DNA of 64,000 bases from Balanoglossus misakiensis. Taxonomy: Eukaryota > Animalia > Hemichordata. Positions 13,001 through 27,130 of the stretch are shown here, piece after piece. Location: positions 16,848,998 to 16,912,997 of the forward strand of contig CM082578.2 of the NCBI GenBank assembly GCA_040954595.2. The letters are read 5' to 3'. Within the stretch, counting starts at the first letter, position 1. Each line of letters begins with the position of its first letter. The position numbers and the translations under genes were made by a program. The notes beneath the pieces were generated by a model. It did not search any database and had not been told where the DNA came from. It saw nothing but the letters and a program-made list of their open reading frames with translations.

Positions 13001-14914
13001 CAGGGCTCTTTGAATAAGCATTATGTTGCAATAAATCGCGCTACAAGATGCCTGTCCATTTCATACAGATTTCTATGGCTACGCGGTTTGGCGTTACCTG
13101 CATGTGTGCACAGAGCAGAATGCTTCTAGTGTGCAGTGTCTTGGAAACGGATAATGAGAACGATATAGGTGTAATCGCGGCCGCTGAATTTACTGCGGCA
13201 TTGAATAGACTTTTAAAACATTTATCGATTTTCACATTATTTTATGTCTATTTTAATGGCCGTTCATTAAAGGGTGCGAATAATCGTCACACGGGGCGAG
13301 GTAAGCACTTAATTATTACGAGGGAGAGGGCCGAAGACTCTCAACTCTAAAAATAATCCTTATTACTTTCAGAGTTATCACGTGACGCAGTTCTCGTGTT
13401 CAATTTGCTGTCACACGCAGGCTCGAGCAACCCGTGCACGCACGCACGCACTCAAACGGGTCCAATTTGGGCCAGTAGACAGAAGAACGAGAAAATCGAA
13501 CTAATAGCTAATGCGCTTAGTTCGTAATTTATCGATCGATTATGGTTGAATGATAAACCATAATAAAACTGAGACTTTTAGGGCAAGTGGAAATCAGATT
13601 GAGGTCAAGATTGTAAATATCGGCAGGTGGACGGTGCAATTTTATATTGGATTTCTGTTTTGCAGTCGCCATCTTTTTCGCAACAAAATTTTACGGCTGA
13701 AATTGTCCGACGAGTCATAAATTCCTGTTATAACGCCTTGTGATAAACACTGACAAGCTGATACATTTGGCATTGAAGATTTCCAAAAAAACAGTGTTAT
13801 CCGCTAAATTTTGCTAGCAATCCGTTGCTACGGTAATTAACCAAGTCTCGCGAGATCTCGCAACGAGCGGATAATCATCTATTGCAAGGCGCGCAAAAAG
13901 AATCCGCGCAAGTGTTAACATTACTTTGAACGATACATTGCTTCCTTTAGATTAGGGTGCATTCATAACTTCAGCTGTGCATAGACCATGAAGGTCACCC
14001 GCAAATCGCCCTGAATATCGATCTCGTCTGAACAGTTTGGCGCCATTTAACCAACTGCCAAAGACGTTTCAAGAGGTTATTTCCATGGTTTGACATTAAT
14101 AGTTCCATAAACGTTAAAAGGTTTCCTGGCCTCCGTACCTGTCAAGTGAAATTTCCCCACTCAGAAACTGATGGTGCAAGCCGGCCCCTTGATACCAACA
14201 GAGGCGTCAATTTAAGCTTTACATTTGTGAGTTTGTTTCTGAGTAGCGAACCTATCGTTTGTGTGCAATCTTCGTTTTAGAGAGTTTCAGAGCCGATGTG
14301 TGTCCACTGTTGTTGTGGAGCGGACAGTAATCAATGTAATTAAACGCCAATATCTGTATGCAGAGATGCTAGAAGCGTTGCCGCGCCATCGATTTGAAAA
14401 TCAGCGTGTGTCCTCAACGACCCTTCTTAATCAGTTTACGCGAATTAACTATTTTGAAATTTCAGGCACGGCTCAGTTCCCTTGTATCATTAAAGCTGTT
14501 GGCGTTTTCGGAGAAACTTAATCCGATGCTCGCACCAACACTAATCAAGAATGGACAACACTAGTTATTTCAATTTGATTTTATAACCTAGTTACACCAT
14601 CTGATCTGCATAATTGATTCCGTGCAAGTTTTGTGCGCCACTTACCTTGTTGCTCTGGGGGGTTAAATTGATCAAGAAAGGTTTTGAGTTTGAGGAAAAT
14701 TAAATATTCGTTTTGCAGCAAACTGAATTCTACAAAAGTAGAGGGCACACCTCTATTTGTAATTAGCCACATGTGACATGTCTGAGTCCGTGCTCTGCTA
14801 ACAACGATTGGGCATTTGCTACTCCCGTGTTTACAATTGCGCAATAATATTACATGTACTTGAGAATTCGTGCTCTCCTTGCTCGCTGACAAGGAAGTGT
14901 CAGCTATCAATTTG

Positions 14915-14997
<83 letters not shown>

Positions 14998-17900
14998 CCA
15001 CCACCACCACCACCATCATCATCATCACGAGTGATTCGTCTCCGCTGTTCTAACTTTAGAATCTTGACAGTTAGACTGAGTGCGCGAATTCGTGTCCAGT
15101 TCTATACCTTGATTCAGAATTCTAGTCATGCCTTCATTTTTCCTTTCACAACGGAAAGCGGTTCTTTTTGTATTCCCGTGGATTATTAAATCACAAAACT
15201 TGTCTTGATGTGTAAATTAGGCAAAGGCACCGCGCCGTTCATGACAGGAGACCACTAATTAAGTTATTTTACTATCATAACTTCTTTTTCGTGTAAGTTC
15301 ACGTCTTGTTGAATTGATGGCATAATGGCGTATATACATACCACTCGATCAGTGTCTGCATACTCGATACTAAGCATATCCATGGCTCGAATTATAGCCA
15401 GCATCGACTGAATCATATTGCCATAGACGACTGGTTTGTGACGTAGGCATTCTTCTTTGCTGAAGCCGTCATGGTGAATTATTCTGCACGAATAAGAATG
15501 CCGAAAAAATACAATCTCAACCAGACAAATTATGCGAGATCAACTCAAAGGGCACACGCAAGATCTTAGACTAGGTATAAAAATAGTTTATGCGAAGCCC
15601 AACAAACTAACAACAGTCAGGGGTCCATCTCAAAGTCTGACTTCGTCTCTTGTACACGCATTTCAGCATTTCCGCACACAATGTAAAACGACACATCACC
15701 ACCGTCTTATTCTTGCGTTCAAATCTTATGGCCAGAACTTATATACGAAACAGAACACGACTTTAAATGTCGGTCGCCAGTCTCGTTTCTCCGAAACTTT
15801 AACGCAGAAACATCCAATTTTATCACTTGCAGTGCGTTTTCCTAGAAGAACACAGGCTGCCCCCGAGAGCATTGTATGCTACGCACATAGTCTGCTTTCG
15901 ATAAGGCCAGAAATTGGACGATGGTATCACTATCTAGACAAGGGATACTTACTTCATTTGCTTCACTATCGTGCTCTTGCCCGATTCACCAGCACCTGGA
16001 CAGTTGGAAAGAATGAGAAAGTTGTCAGTGAAAGATTTCATTGGAGCAAATGCGAGGTAGGTGCTTGTACCATTTAAGGGACATTTTAGATTAATTGGCC
16101 TGAAATACAGCAGTAGTTTTTAATTTTATTTAAAACCGTGATTGAGTTTAAAACCCACACCCCTTTGAGTGACAGCCACGGCGTGTAGTTGCTGTTCAGT
16201 AGCTCTAAGTTTTGCCTTGCCGTCTAAGACACAAACAAGGCAAAACCCTGTAGAGCTACTGGACTCCAGCCGTGCCGCCATAAACGCATTTCATTGGCAA
16301 TATGCTAATCTCCGATATCCAGTATCAACCGAGGTTGAGGTGAGGTCATCCACGCAGCAGTCGATTCTCAGATAATGACGACGAAGACACGCTTAAACAG
16401 ATTCTGTATGCTATACATAGAAGACACCGCGATCAAGTCTCTTTATAAGTCATTATATCAATCTGCGTTATCCATGGCTCTAACAATTTTAGTTCGGCAG
16501 CTTTAAGATGGAACAGGAAACATTAAAACTTGATAAGCCAGAAAGCGACAACGGATTAACCCCGCCAATATCTTGCCCAGTGGTCATAAAACGTTGATTT
16601 ATCAGAATTTTGCATGTCGATCATTTCAAGGGGTAGTTTTAAAATGTCACCGGGCCACAAATCCGCGCCATATACTGAATAGTTCAGTTGTAGCAACACC
16701 TAATAAAACATTTATATCACCATTTGGCCATCAACTAATGGCGACGACTTTGTTAAAGTTATCACGTGACGTATACACCAGATTTGGTCTGTCTGAGAAA
16801 ACGCTATCCGATGCCGCTCGTCTCCTTGTGATTTATTCGCAGAATTCGCGTATTCCATTCACGGAGATTCCCAATTCCTCGGCCCTTTTCCCAGAGTGAT
16901 CGGTGATATTACCGATACCGCTTCCCTAATGGAACCTGTGGACTCCGACTAATTAAGATCACGGAGAGATTTAATTAAGTGGACGTGTCACAGAATGCCC
17001 TGCACACAAAAAGCCCGCCGTTTCGGTTTCAACTTTTCTACTTGAAAACAACAACATTATTTTTAGCAATTTCTCGGGGAGAAATCGAAGGTGGCATAAA
17101 GGATGCATGCAGAGTGTATCCGCGAGAGTATGATGAGGCCTGCACGATACAGGAAATCAGCGGATACAGGATGTGACAAGTGACATCAATTTGTCATCGC
17201 ACGTTTCCCGTTCACCCAACAAACATCAAACATCTCCGATCAGTGTTCACGTTGTGATCCCCATGTATCTTCACGGTCGGTGTGCCGCTTCTGTCTCACC
17301 TGACCTCACTGCAAGCGTCAGAGTTCAGGGAAACGTGAATTTTTTCGTGGTACATCAACGGGAACTAGGCAACTTTGACGGCCACGCATGTCTCGCACCG
17401 GTTGTTATTTTCAAGTATAAAAACATAAGGGTGGCTTGGCCGATTCAGCACGTCATGTTTATCTATACATAACCCTGTTTTCAGTCAGGTTGTCAAGGAG
17501 GCTTAAATAACATAGCAACGAAGAGGTGGGTGGGCTAGATTTAGCTGTGGATTGGTCAGGTCGACTGATGTTTTCCAAAAACACGACCTTAACCTTTTTG
17601 CCTTTGTTGCATTGTGAGATATTTATCACGATCATGTTAGTAAATTGCCAATTTGCATAGTCACGTTCGTGTGCGAGTAGTGCAACGCTTCCAAACAGCT
17701 GTGCATGGTATTTCAATCCAAGAACTTCATTTGCATATACTCGTTTCTGCACCTGACATAGCACAGTTCAGGTTGGCACCATGAATTTGTCGTGTATTCA
17801 TTCTACTTCAGATGAGAAATATCTTTGACTTTAAGTCGTTTTAGATACGTTTTAGATATTGGGTATAATTTTTATGACCCTTCAAGTATCACAGGAAAGG

Positions 17901-20900
17901 TTTGTAAATTATGACTCTTCCACGTTCTTTCCACCCACCGCACCTCCCTCCCTCCCTCCCACAACGAGTGAAAGCTTCCTTACGGAGGCAACTGTTGGAA
18001 GACAGCAGCGTCTCAGATATTACGAACATTTCATAACAGTCACTGTGCCATTTCTGTAAAGATGAGACATCCGACATCTATAAATTGGAATGTCCGCGTG
18101 AAAGTCAATCCAGGTAGAAGTGAAACCCTTTTAAAGTCTACGCACAGAAAGAACGTGATATCATCTTCAATAGGATCGGTAAAGGAGCTTCTCAAAGCCA
18201 TACGGCACGTCTCGAGTTGGATAGGGGATCTTAATCTTTGATTCTGATCTTCCCACATCAGATCAAATTATTAACGCATATGGCATGAGGAGAGTTTTCA
18301 TTATATAGATAGCACGAGAAGACACTAACGAGGAGAAACGTCCGGTAAGGTTAATCTTCGAAGCGACGGGATGTGGGCAACCATATTGTGATATTGAAAT
18401 ACCGCCATATTGAGTCTTATGTCGTTTGCTCGCTTCATGTTATTAATACCGAAGACCTTTCATGCCGTTAAACTATACATGAAGGGTTTTGCGAGGGAAA
18501 TGATGAGCCAAAATAAAGACATACAGTGGCGATTACTGCCCCAAGGACGCCAGGATTTTTTTTCTTGAAGTAGCTTTACATTGTTGTAAATTCTAATCTG
18601 CAAATTCAAGATGTTGCTGCAGAGTAAATTTCCTAGATTTATACCGAACAACCTCTGAATGTTTGGTGTGAGAATTCAGCGAGGAAATCTATTCAAAAAG
18701 GATATGCGACGCAGCTGTCAACAAGAAAGGGAAACAGATAACATTCTAATGTTCGCACCTTTGTCAAATTCTATGCCTTCCCTCCATAAAAGCCACCATA
18801 CCAAATCCCTTGCGTACATCTGGAAAAATGTGATCTGGAAAACACAACTTTGGGCTTAAATCACACCTAAATCCTGGATTTTGTGGGCTGTGGTGAGGTT
18901 AAAAGGATTTGCAATAACTAAAATCTGTATAGCTTGTTTCATATAACGATAAATCATTTCTGCAAGTTGAAGTCTAGCTTCCATGTAAAACACGGTAGAC
19001 CCTCGAGAGTCTATATGACTACACGGCATTGCCACTCTGTCCAAATCGGATATATTGTCAATAGGTCTCGTCAGCATACAACAAGCAATTGGAACCAAAG
19101 CATTTTACGAATCTTTCAGTGGCATTTCAGCTGCAGTACAGTTTGCATAGCGTCTGGTATGCATTCATTTTTGTCGCTGTATCATATGTCTGTGTTTGAT
19201 ATCACATTTCAGGGAAAATTGAAAAAACACCGCAAATTTCATTTGGTTTTGTACTTGTGTCGGTGCATGTAAGAAATCGGAGCTCAATCCTTCATAGGAG
19301 ATTTTGTAAAGTCAATTGTGTTCAGTTAAGTTCTTAATCTGTCAAAATTTTCAGGAATCTCTATATAATGAAGTAAAAATTTCACTCTATGCATAGCAAT
19401 TACTCCACCATAGTGGAAATAACTGTGTCGAGGCAGATGGTACATGCACTGGCAGAAGCAATCAGACTAGCCTATAACATACAATCAATGTAGAGCTCTG
19501 CCCAATAATGGTCTGTGTATTTTTAACATTCAGCTGTAGATAATTGGCCTATTTGACTTGCGTGTTTCCTGCCTTCGTTCCTCCGTCGCCTCACGGGTTA
19601 AACGGACACCGGAGAGTGACGTACACATTTCACAGGACAGTTCAAAACGACGGTAAAACGAGCAGAGTCGATCCGCCGTCACACATGCGCATTTAATCGG
19701 ATTTAAAACGGGGCAATTATGGTTGGTTTTCGTGATCGTTTTCTGAGCCCCTTTCACATCCTGAATTTCGGTGCTCCACAAAATAGAGTTTTTTACGCAC
19801 CGATTGTGGTTAGTCTCCATACATACAGGTGTACATTTGTAAATGCATATGTGCCCGTCAGTTGTACGCAGTCTTCGATTATGCATGTACGGTTCACCAA
19901 TTTAATATTACGGTAATGTGAGAGGCTTCGTTGTGTCGCCGATAAAACCAAACAACGTAATAAGTTAACTGTTTTGTAACTATTACCTCCCCTAAACAAT
20001 ACTTGCGCGATGACTGGATACCTGGGAAGGCAGCCACGTGGATCTAATGCATAATACCTATTGAAAGACCTGTGTAATTTGATACTCTGAAAATAAATTG
20101 AAATTTCCTTAACTAATAGGAAAATATGCCCTGGGGACACATTGTAGAGTCCTTTGATTTGGGATGATTAATTGAAACCGATAAGTACACATCCGCTTTG
20201 GAAAAAAATGAATAAGCACGTGTTTCTGTTGAATTTAAAAAGAAGTAATCTCAATGGAGAAACACTTATGGAGGAACGGACGATCTTGATTACAATGTAA
20301 AGAATATACCCTTATTGTAGAATCCTCCGAGTGTTGCAGTCTGCATTCAGTATTAAAGGTTGGAGTGTTCTTATTGGGACAGGGGGTACCTCTCAAAGAT
20401 ATCAGGGTGTTATCGGTATTCCGATTCGCGGTATAATCTGTAGGGCTTTGGTACTTAACGGTTTGTCTAATGTGATTTTTAGTGCATTCGACTAGAACAC
20501 ATGCTGCCCCACCGCGAGCAAGCAACAAACGCCATGCACTTTTGAGTAGTGACATATTTCACCATAAGTGGCCCACACTAAGTGAGACGGAATGACGTCG
20601 GTGGAAGAGTAAAGCAAATTCCTGCAGGTAATGCTCGTCCTGTCGCGAATAACTATGTCCTGGCAACATCTACCCTGACTGATCCAGATTTTCGCACTTT
20701 TGTTATTTTACAAATTAAATTAAATCACGCGACTGCGTCTGGCACGGGCCTGTCAATCCGAGTGCAAAAAATCACGATTTGAATATTACTTTCTGACCAA
20801 CTCAACCATCATGACAACTGTAGGGTGTGTGATTTGTATAATCGCGTAAGTGGCTTGCACTTTTGCAAGTACAATGCACTTACTCAGATTTCACAGCGAA

Positions 20901-23900
20901 CAGACTCGACATTGGCCAATGAATGTGTTTTGTTCCATGGTCTGTATGATATGACAATTGATCACTTATATTACGATCGACGAATAGGATGATGATTACA
21001 ATTTTTGATTTGGAATATTAGTTGAATGTATCTATTCTACCAGTGCTGCGTGTAGATGGCAATTATCCTAACCCACGCGATCTGACTCAAACCAGAAATT
21101 GTGTCAGAACGTTTAGAATTTTCACATAATTGCGCACACGCGGAGGACTGGTTGTATATGTATACAGTGATGGACAGGATGTAATTTACTGTTCACTATT
21201 GTCCAATCCGCACTACTTCAACTGTACAGTTGAAGAAGTCCCTGGCTGCATAAACAAGATCTTGAGAAGATTACTCCTCAAATGGAACAACATTACCAAC
21301 AGTGTAAAAAGATGGAAGTTTTGTCCTCCGTAGAATACAGATACAAGTGTTTGGCATTTACTAAGGGTAGTTGTGGATGAGAGCAGCGCCAGTGTGTCTT
21401 GGTATTTCTCGACACGGATTTTGCCCTGTCTGAGTTTCTTATATGGGTATTGATGTCTGTTGGCACAATTGCTTTGAGATGTGGACGAGGAGTATCATTA
21501 AGGGTGTGCTTCACCGTTCCTTTCGGTAAACCATCTCCACCTCCGCTTGCAAACTCTTGAAAACATATCCGCAGATGTTGAGCGGCAAGGTTCGACCGCG
21601 ATTGCTGTTTCACGGGGATTTCGACAAAGATTTGTCGAGTTGAACCAGGATAACGTTTTTGATGATCACTTGAGACACTCTCTGAGTTATTTCAGATGTG
21701 AATTCCATGCCAAACATAGCTCTTTGGGATCACTTCATAGATATATGGAATACCATAATTAATAGCCCTTTCGGGTATCGGGTTTTACGTGTAGAGATAG
21801 CTTTTGATGGGGATTCGGGTGATGAATTTGTACCACTTGAGACTGTTAGTAGGGACTCGGCTGTGGACTATCTCCCAAATGGTTCGCTCACATTTATTTG
21901 TCTATTGCAGTCTAACTTTCATTTTATGGGTTTACGTGTGACACGACTGTAAGGTCAATGCACGTGGGCGGTTTTACAAGCGAACCTTTTCATCAGTATC
22001 GTAACTTAACTCGATCTGCGTACACTTGTGCTTCTGAGAAACTATTTCACGTGCCAGACTTGTACTTCTCGGACAAAGTACTTAATTGGAAAAAAGGGGA
22101 CAAGAGTCTTGGAGGACTTCAGGCTGTCATTTGAAGGTTTCTCCGACAGGATTCTTTCACAAACCGTATTAGGAAACTAATAACCCACCTGACATGGCGG
22201 TTAATGATAATGGATGCGAATGCGCCAGACGTGGCAATGATTTGATAGGTTCAGGTGATGATTACATTCGCTTTAAAGAGATCCAGAGAATTACAAACAG
22301 AGTAATCAAGAAGCCGGATTGAAAAGCGTCTAAAGGAGGGAGAAATGGAAATCTTTAATTCTGCCGAGAGAAGAGTAAATCCAGTTGACAGTGAAGGGGG
22401 TAAGGGCTCGGCGAAAAAAGCCAACGAGATTAACGCAGTTTGACTAAAAGCCGGTTGAGGGGATGGGGAGGTGATGTCACTATGTAGATGAGAGATGCGA
22501 CGGGGTTAAAATCAATCGCCTATGACGAGAGTATCGACAGCTGCATCTTTTCACATTGCGAAATGAATTAAGGAAATCTTTGTGTCAAATTGGTGTTATC
22601 TTTTGATATTTTGTGTGTCTGTCTGCCGGTTTGAACACTGTACACGCGTGACCTTTGACCTTTTACTGTTTCGGCAACTAACATACACTGTATATATACG
22701 TACTCAGATTTCCTAGTTATAGGAAGTGGGAGTAAAGTTCAGTGCCATTTTTATGCAGTTATGTTTTGTACTGGAGATTTACAGGTATTAGTTTGCAGGT
22801 CATGTATTTGTGCCTCACAACACGGTCCCTCTATTCAATAATGACTACAATCACGTGATTGATGGTGTTTGCCTGAGTTTAATTAAACGTCACCCAGTTA
22901 ATCATAGTCAAAATATGGTCAAACGACTCAAATGTTTTTTTAGATAAATACGTTACAGCAGGTAATTTGAAAACAATTTCTAAAGTAATACATGTAATGA
23001 GAAACGCTGTTGTGCTCCAATTAGATTAGGTCGCATTATCAGTGCCATGCGTGCTGCCCATAGGGGGTATCAATATTTTATGTCGGTTGTATTAGTATGG
23101 CACGGAGAGTGAAAAATCGACTACATCCTCTTCATACCTGCGAGGCTCCCCGGAGAGGTTTGCCATGTTTGTACCGATGAGGAAGGAGTTTACAGGGTCT
23201 GAGGCAAACATTTGTGTCTGAAAATCGTGACAACATCGTAGGGGTGTCCAAAATAACCATCACCGCTGGCAACGAAATCGTTTGCTTGTTTTCGGATTGA
23301 AACAATATAAGGCTTCGGTTTTAACTTGGATTTGTTTTTTTGGGGGGTGGTTGGGTTGTGATTGATTGATTGATTGGTTGGTTGGTTGGTTGGTTGGTTG
23401 GTTGGTTGGTTGGTTGATTGATTGATTGATTGATTTACTATGTCTATATTTAAAAAACTGCCTCAAAAGAGATGAATAGGCATGTGCATGGCCAGGTACT
23501 CCGCAAAGAATCAATATCGCCGATTGGACTCTGACAGTGTACTTGCGTGACGCAGTGACACCATCAATTAAGAGGTTAACAGCACAAAACTTGTGCAGGT
23601 AGCGGTAACCGAACTCTTTGTTTCCTGATATTAAAGATCGGAGTCAGGGCACGCCACAGATCATTTGGAGACTGACAGCGTGGTGTGTGTATACACATCA
23701 ATTGATATGCGGCAGTGTACTTGTCCCGTCGGTTCATTATCGAAAGCAATGACGCTGTCTGCTGTAATGTAGACGGACAGAGGAGACGGGATTAGGCCAA
23801 GTGCAAGTAGCATGTTCCATTGACGATTGACTGCCCTCCCACGGGAGATCCGGCTCACGTGATAAGTAGATACGTACAGGAGATGTTAACTAACTAGATT

Positions 23901-26900
23901 CTGTGAGAAAAAATACGTATTAAGATATTCACATTACAATGCGCCGTAGTTATATCGTTTCTGGACCAGTGTTCTGAATACTCCTAGAACATTACTGCGT
24001 TCGCCACAGAGCTCGTCCTATATCTGTCATACGGGTATCAGTGAATTTATTTTCTTCTAATGTCAGATTACTGAGCATGGAACCCATGTGCCTCAGTGGT
24101 AAATCGGTCTTTTCAGCTGCAAGTGTCAGCCCCTCGCCATTGTGCAGTGAACAACTTTCAATTTGCACGAGTGGACCGCTTGTATACCCCACGTGATATT
24201 TTCCCCAGTAAGTGATTAATTTCGACTGCATCAAACCACATTAAGACATTCTCGCGTTCACCTCTAAGGCATGATTTCATTCTCGCGCTCACACCATTCA
24301 CGTGAACATTTCTACAAATGCTTCAGCGATGTGATCTTTGTACAATGAGAGCGCAGCCTGTCGAGAAGTAAATGGAAAAATTGATTTTCTGTTAAGCCTT
24401 ATGTGGGATCGCAATTTAGCACAGTCATCCAAAAGGTCGGCGATGAAAAGAACCGACTCTCCAACTTTCAAGGAAATTAAGCACATCGCGTGAGTAAGCG
24501 ACTCTGCGGATTATTTTTCTCGGTAACAGTCACGTTATGCTCGTCTATAGTCGCCATACATCTATCGCAGGAATATACAATAGTCCGTTCAAATCATAGG
24601 CACTCGAATAAAAAAGTATCTATGTTTCAATCCTCGTATAGTTCTATATATGTTCAGTGCTTGGATTACTCTCAATATCCACAACGCAAATTTATCATAC
24701 TTTAGAGAATAAATACAACAACAGAAACCAGGGCTTGTTTTTTCGTTCCAGGACGAATTGAGCAAATAAACGACGTTATCATTGTTATGCCCAATATATA
24801 TGCGGTGGGTCACATCATTCCAAGAAAGCTGGGTAGTTATACTTTGATGATCACCGCCATGATGGGAGGGGGGGGGGGACAAGTAATTTATGCACAAATA
24901 GGAATGATATTACATTCTGTCAACAGAATATCTGGACGTAATAGCTTTCTTTGTATTGGAAAGCAGTTCGGCTAAGCGTGACTGTCGGATGTGCGCTTGA
25001 CCAAGTTCAATCGCAATTGGCAGAATATTTCATTGAACACTGAAGAAAAGGTTATTATGTGCACGCAATATTGACACAGATGTGCTACTGTTCGTGCGCC
25101 TATTACCCGTAATTGCCCTTGTGATTAACATAATTTATGGCGGAGTCATTTTGATTGAAGGCGTCAAGGTTAATTACGTTTCATTCAAAAACCTCAAAAA
25201 CGTGTATTTGTCATTAACCATGTTCTTTACTAGCTGCTTGCAAGCAAGTCGGGAAAAAATGAATAATACAGAAATGCAAAAAAAAGCGTCAACTATAGTG
25301 TGGTGTCAATTATGACAACAGCTGTGTTATGCAAAACAGCTAATTTGTAGGCAAATTACACTCACGAATATGCGTATTCGCGGTAGCAAAAAAATGGCTC
25401 GTTATACACCATAGTTTCCCAAGGCTTGTGGCTTGTATATCAAATTATCAACATTTTCAATCAAGAGGCCAGACAGACTGTACACGGATTGTACCAAAGC
25501 ACAAATTGAGAGTGTGACCCCCGCCAATACATTAGTTTTTTTCTACCTTTGTTATCAACAAATTGAGGCTAAGTACGCGTCTTTCCTTGACTCCAATGCA
25601 ATTTACTTTTCTAGACGAAGTTAATGTGATGTTTTCATATTTCCATTTGCTCACAACATCGAAGTTACAGTGCCCGAAGAAAGCTATTACCGCGTCACAA
25701 GTTGACGGAAACATTAAGCCATGACAATACCAGGCGTCGCTATAGTTACGTTGTTTTCAATGTAACACGATTGTATACCATTTCTATGAATCTGAAATAT
25801 GAACTGAGTACAGCAGACTGTTATCTAATGATCACAGATACTCTTCCATAATTTTGCGACCAGGGACAAGCTTTGGAAATCAATCTGTCGGCGACGTGAA
25901 AATCAGATAAATTTCGATTTGTCAAATGCCGACTGTATGTATACGTACAAATGTATGTAGGTATATTGGCAGCGTGACAGTGTTACTAATAAACGAGGGG
26001 CGGAAGACAACCTGATTGGGTGATAAACGACGCGCTTCTCTTTGTTGTGGGGAATTTGAAAATCGTCCCGCTTTTTCATTTCACTTCGTCTGGCCTCTTG
26101 AATTTTAGCACTAGACTGTATACGTGTAAAGCGACTCTTCCCATTGGCACACAGCTGCGTGCGTGACATCGACTCGGAAATAAACTCGCTCAGTCACAGA
26201 CCGGGCCGTTCTTATGCAGTGATATCCCCCGCGAGTGAGCACTTCAAAGGCGTAATTTACATAATAGGAAAAAAGGGCTCCTATATCTCTTACTCTTAGT
26301 GATGGGAGCTGTATCGTATCATCTCTTCGGTTAAAACTGGGAGCGAAACTGCAATGCGCTTAAAACGGATTGAGTTTACTTCACTTAAAGTACATCGTAC
26401 CGCTCTCTGAGAATTGACTGGGAGTGAAAATGCGAGTCGTGATGACAGCCGGTTTTGCCATGAGCTGGGCTAACACACTCACGCACACTCACACCATGTT
26501 TAATACATGATCAACCAAATGGGCGGGCTGCGCTCACCCAGGGAAAGAAGATTGTTTTCGACATTACAAGAAATATCGCTTTCTATTTAAGGATGCCGTT
26601 GGTTCGCTAACGACTTGTCGATTATTAACTTTTCACGTGGTACGTGAAAAATCAATTCGACTTTTTATTGCTTCACTTGAACTCGGGACCCGATTAAAAT
26701 TTTACGCGCATAAACGGGTCACAACATGCCCAGAATCGAGATCGCTCGCCTGGGATAAAAACAATCGAACGTCATTTGTCCAGAAACAAACTTGCAAGAA
26801 AATCGAAGTGCATGCTCGTATACGTGGGGGAAGGGTCATTATTTCTTCAATTTTCGCGGCACACCACACGACAATATTTTCAACTAGGTCTACGCTAGTA

Positions 26901-27130
26901 TAGTGAAATTGGTCCTGCAGAGGTTATTGTTATGTAGTACATCTCGTTGTAAATATTTAGGTTTAAAAAACGCGAAATTCCGCCGCGTTCACAAACTTAC
27001 CTAGCAGGAGAAGTTTCACCTCTTTGTCCGCTCTTTGTTTTGCCGCTTTAATGTCTTTGTCGATCATTTTAGATCGTCGAGCCGCATTCTTATCCTGGTA
27101 ACTGTTGCCACAACACGTAACCATTGTCAT
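4083..27130 (-). CDS. Divergent heterotrimeric G-protein alpha subunit of the Gi/o family (local paralog of GNAI); 7 coding exons, ~358 aa
   Basis: Coding exons (minus): 27130-27001 ([44 protein letters not shown]), 15995-15953 ([15 protein letters not shown]), 15483-15342 ([47 protein letters not shown]), 7894-7608 (KDAQWV...[25 protein letters not shown]), 7487-7358 ([43 protein letters not shown]), 4721-4568 ([10 protein letters not shown]...FLNKKD...FPEYSG), 4273-4083 (...[38 protein letters not shown]). All introns are GT-AG with compatible phases. Sizes 130/43/142/287/130/154/191 sum to 1077 nt with no stop or frameshift. An alternative in-frame ATG lies at 27124. Confidence 0.95.
12622..12648. 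repeat. (TG)n microsatellite
   Basis: About 13 TG units. Confidence 0.95.
14916..15027. repeat. Compound (CAT)n/(CAC)n microsatellite
   Basis: A long CAT run interrupted by a CAC run, intronic. Confidence 0.97.
21230..21400 (+). mobile_element. Possible highly decayed RTE-type LINE 3' fragment in intron 1 of the divergent G-alpha
   Basis: Translates as [17 protein letters not shown], then across a stop and a frameshift [15 protein letters not shown]. This resembles the post-RT motif NKCLRRILxIxW..ITN...RRxxWLGHVLRM of RTE-clade elements. Confidence 0.3.
23359..23435. repeat. Compound (GATT)n(GGTT)n(GATT)n tetranucleotide microsatellite
   Basis: Read directly from the sequence. Confidence 0.95.

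Noticed and set aside
15532-16077. 181-aa plus-strand ORF
   Set aside because: Antisense to G-alpha exon 2 and its flanking introns, with no motif. Consistent with chance.
15996-27000. Nested gene in the 11-kb intron 1 of the paralog (and likewise in the 9.7-kb intron 1 of GNAI)
   Set aside because: None of the ORFs resembles a known family, and I could not assemble phase-compatible exons. Small nested exons or ncRNAs cannot be excluded without transcript data.
4083-27130. Calling the minus-strand G-alpha GNAO, GNAQ, GNAZ or GNAV, or a pseudogene
   Set aside because: Exon structure and helical-domain length match Gi. It lacks the Go CGLY end and extra codon, the Gq GTGES P-loop and YNLV end, the Gz GTSNS P-loop and the Gv GAAES P-loop. 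The frame, splice sites and catalytic residues are intact, so pseudogene status is unsupported.
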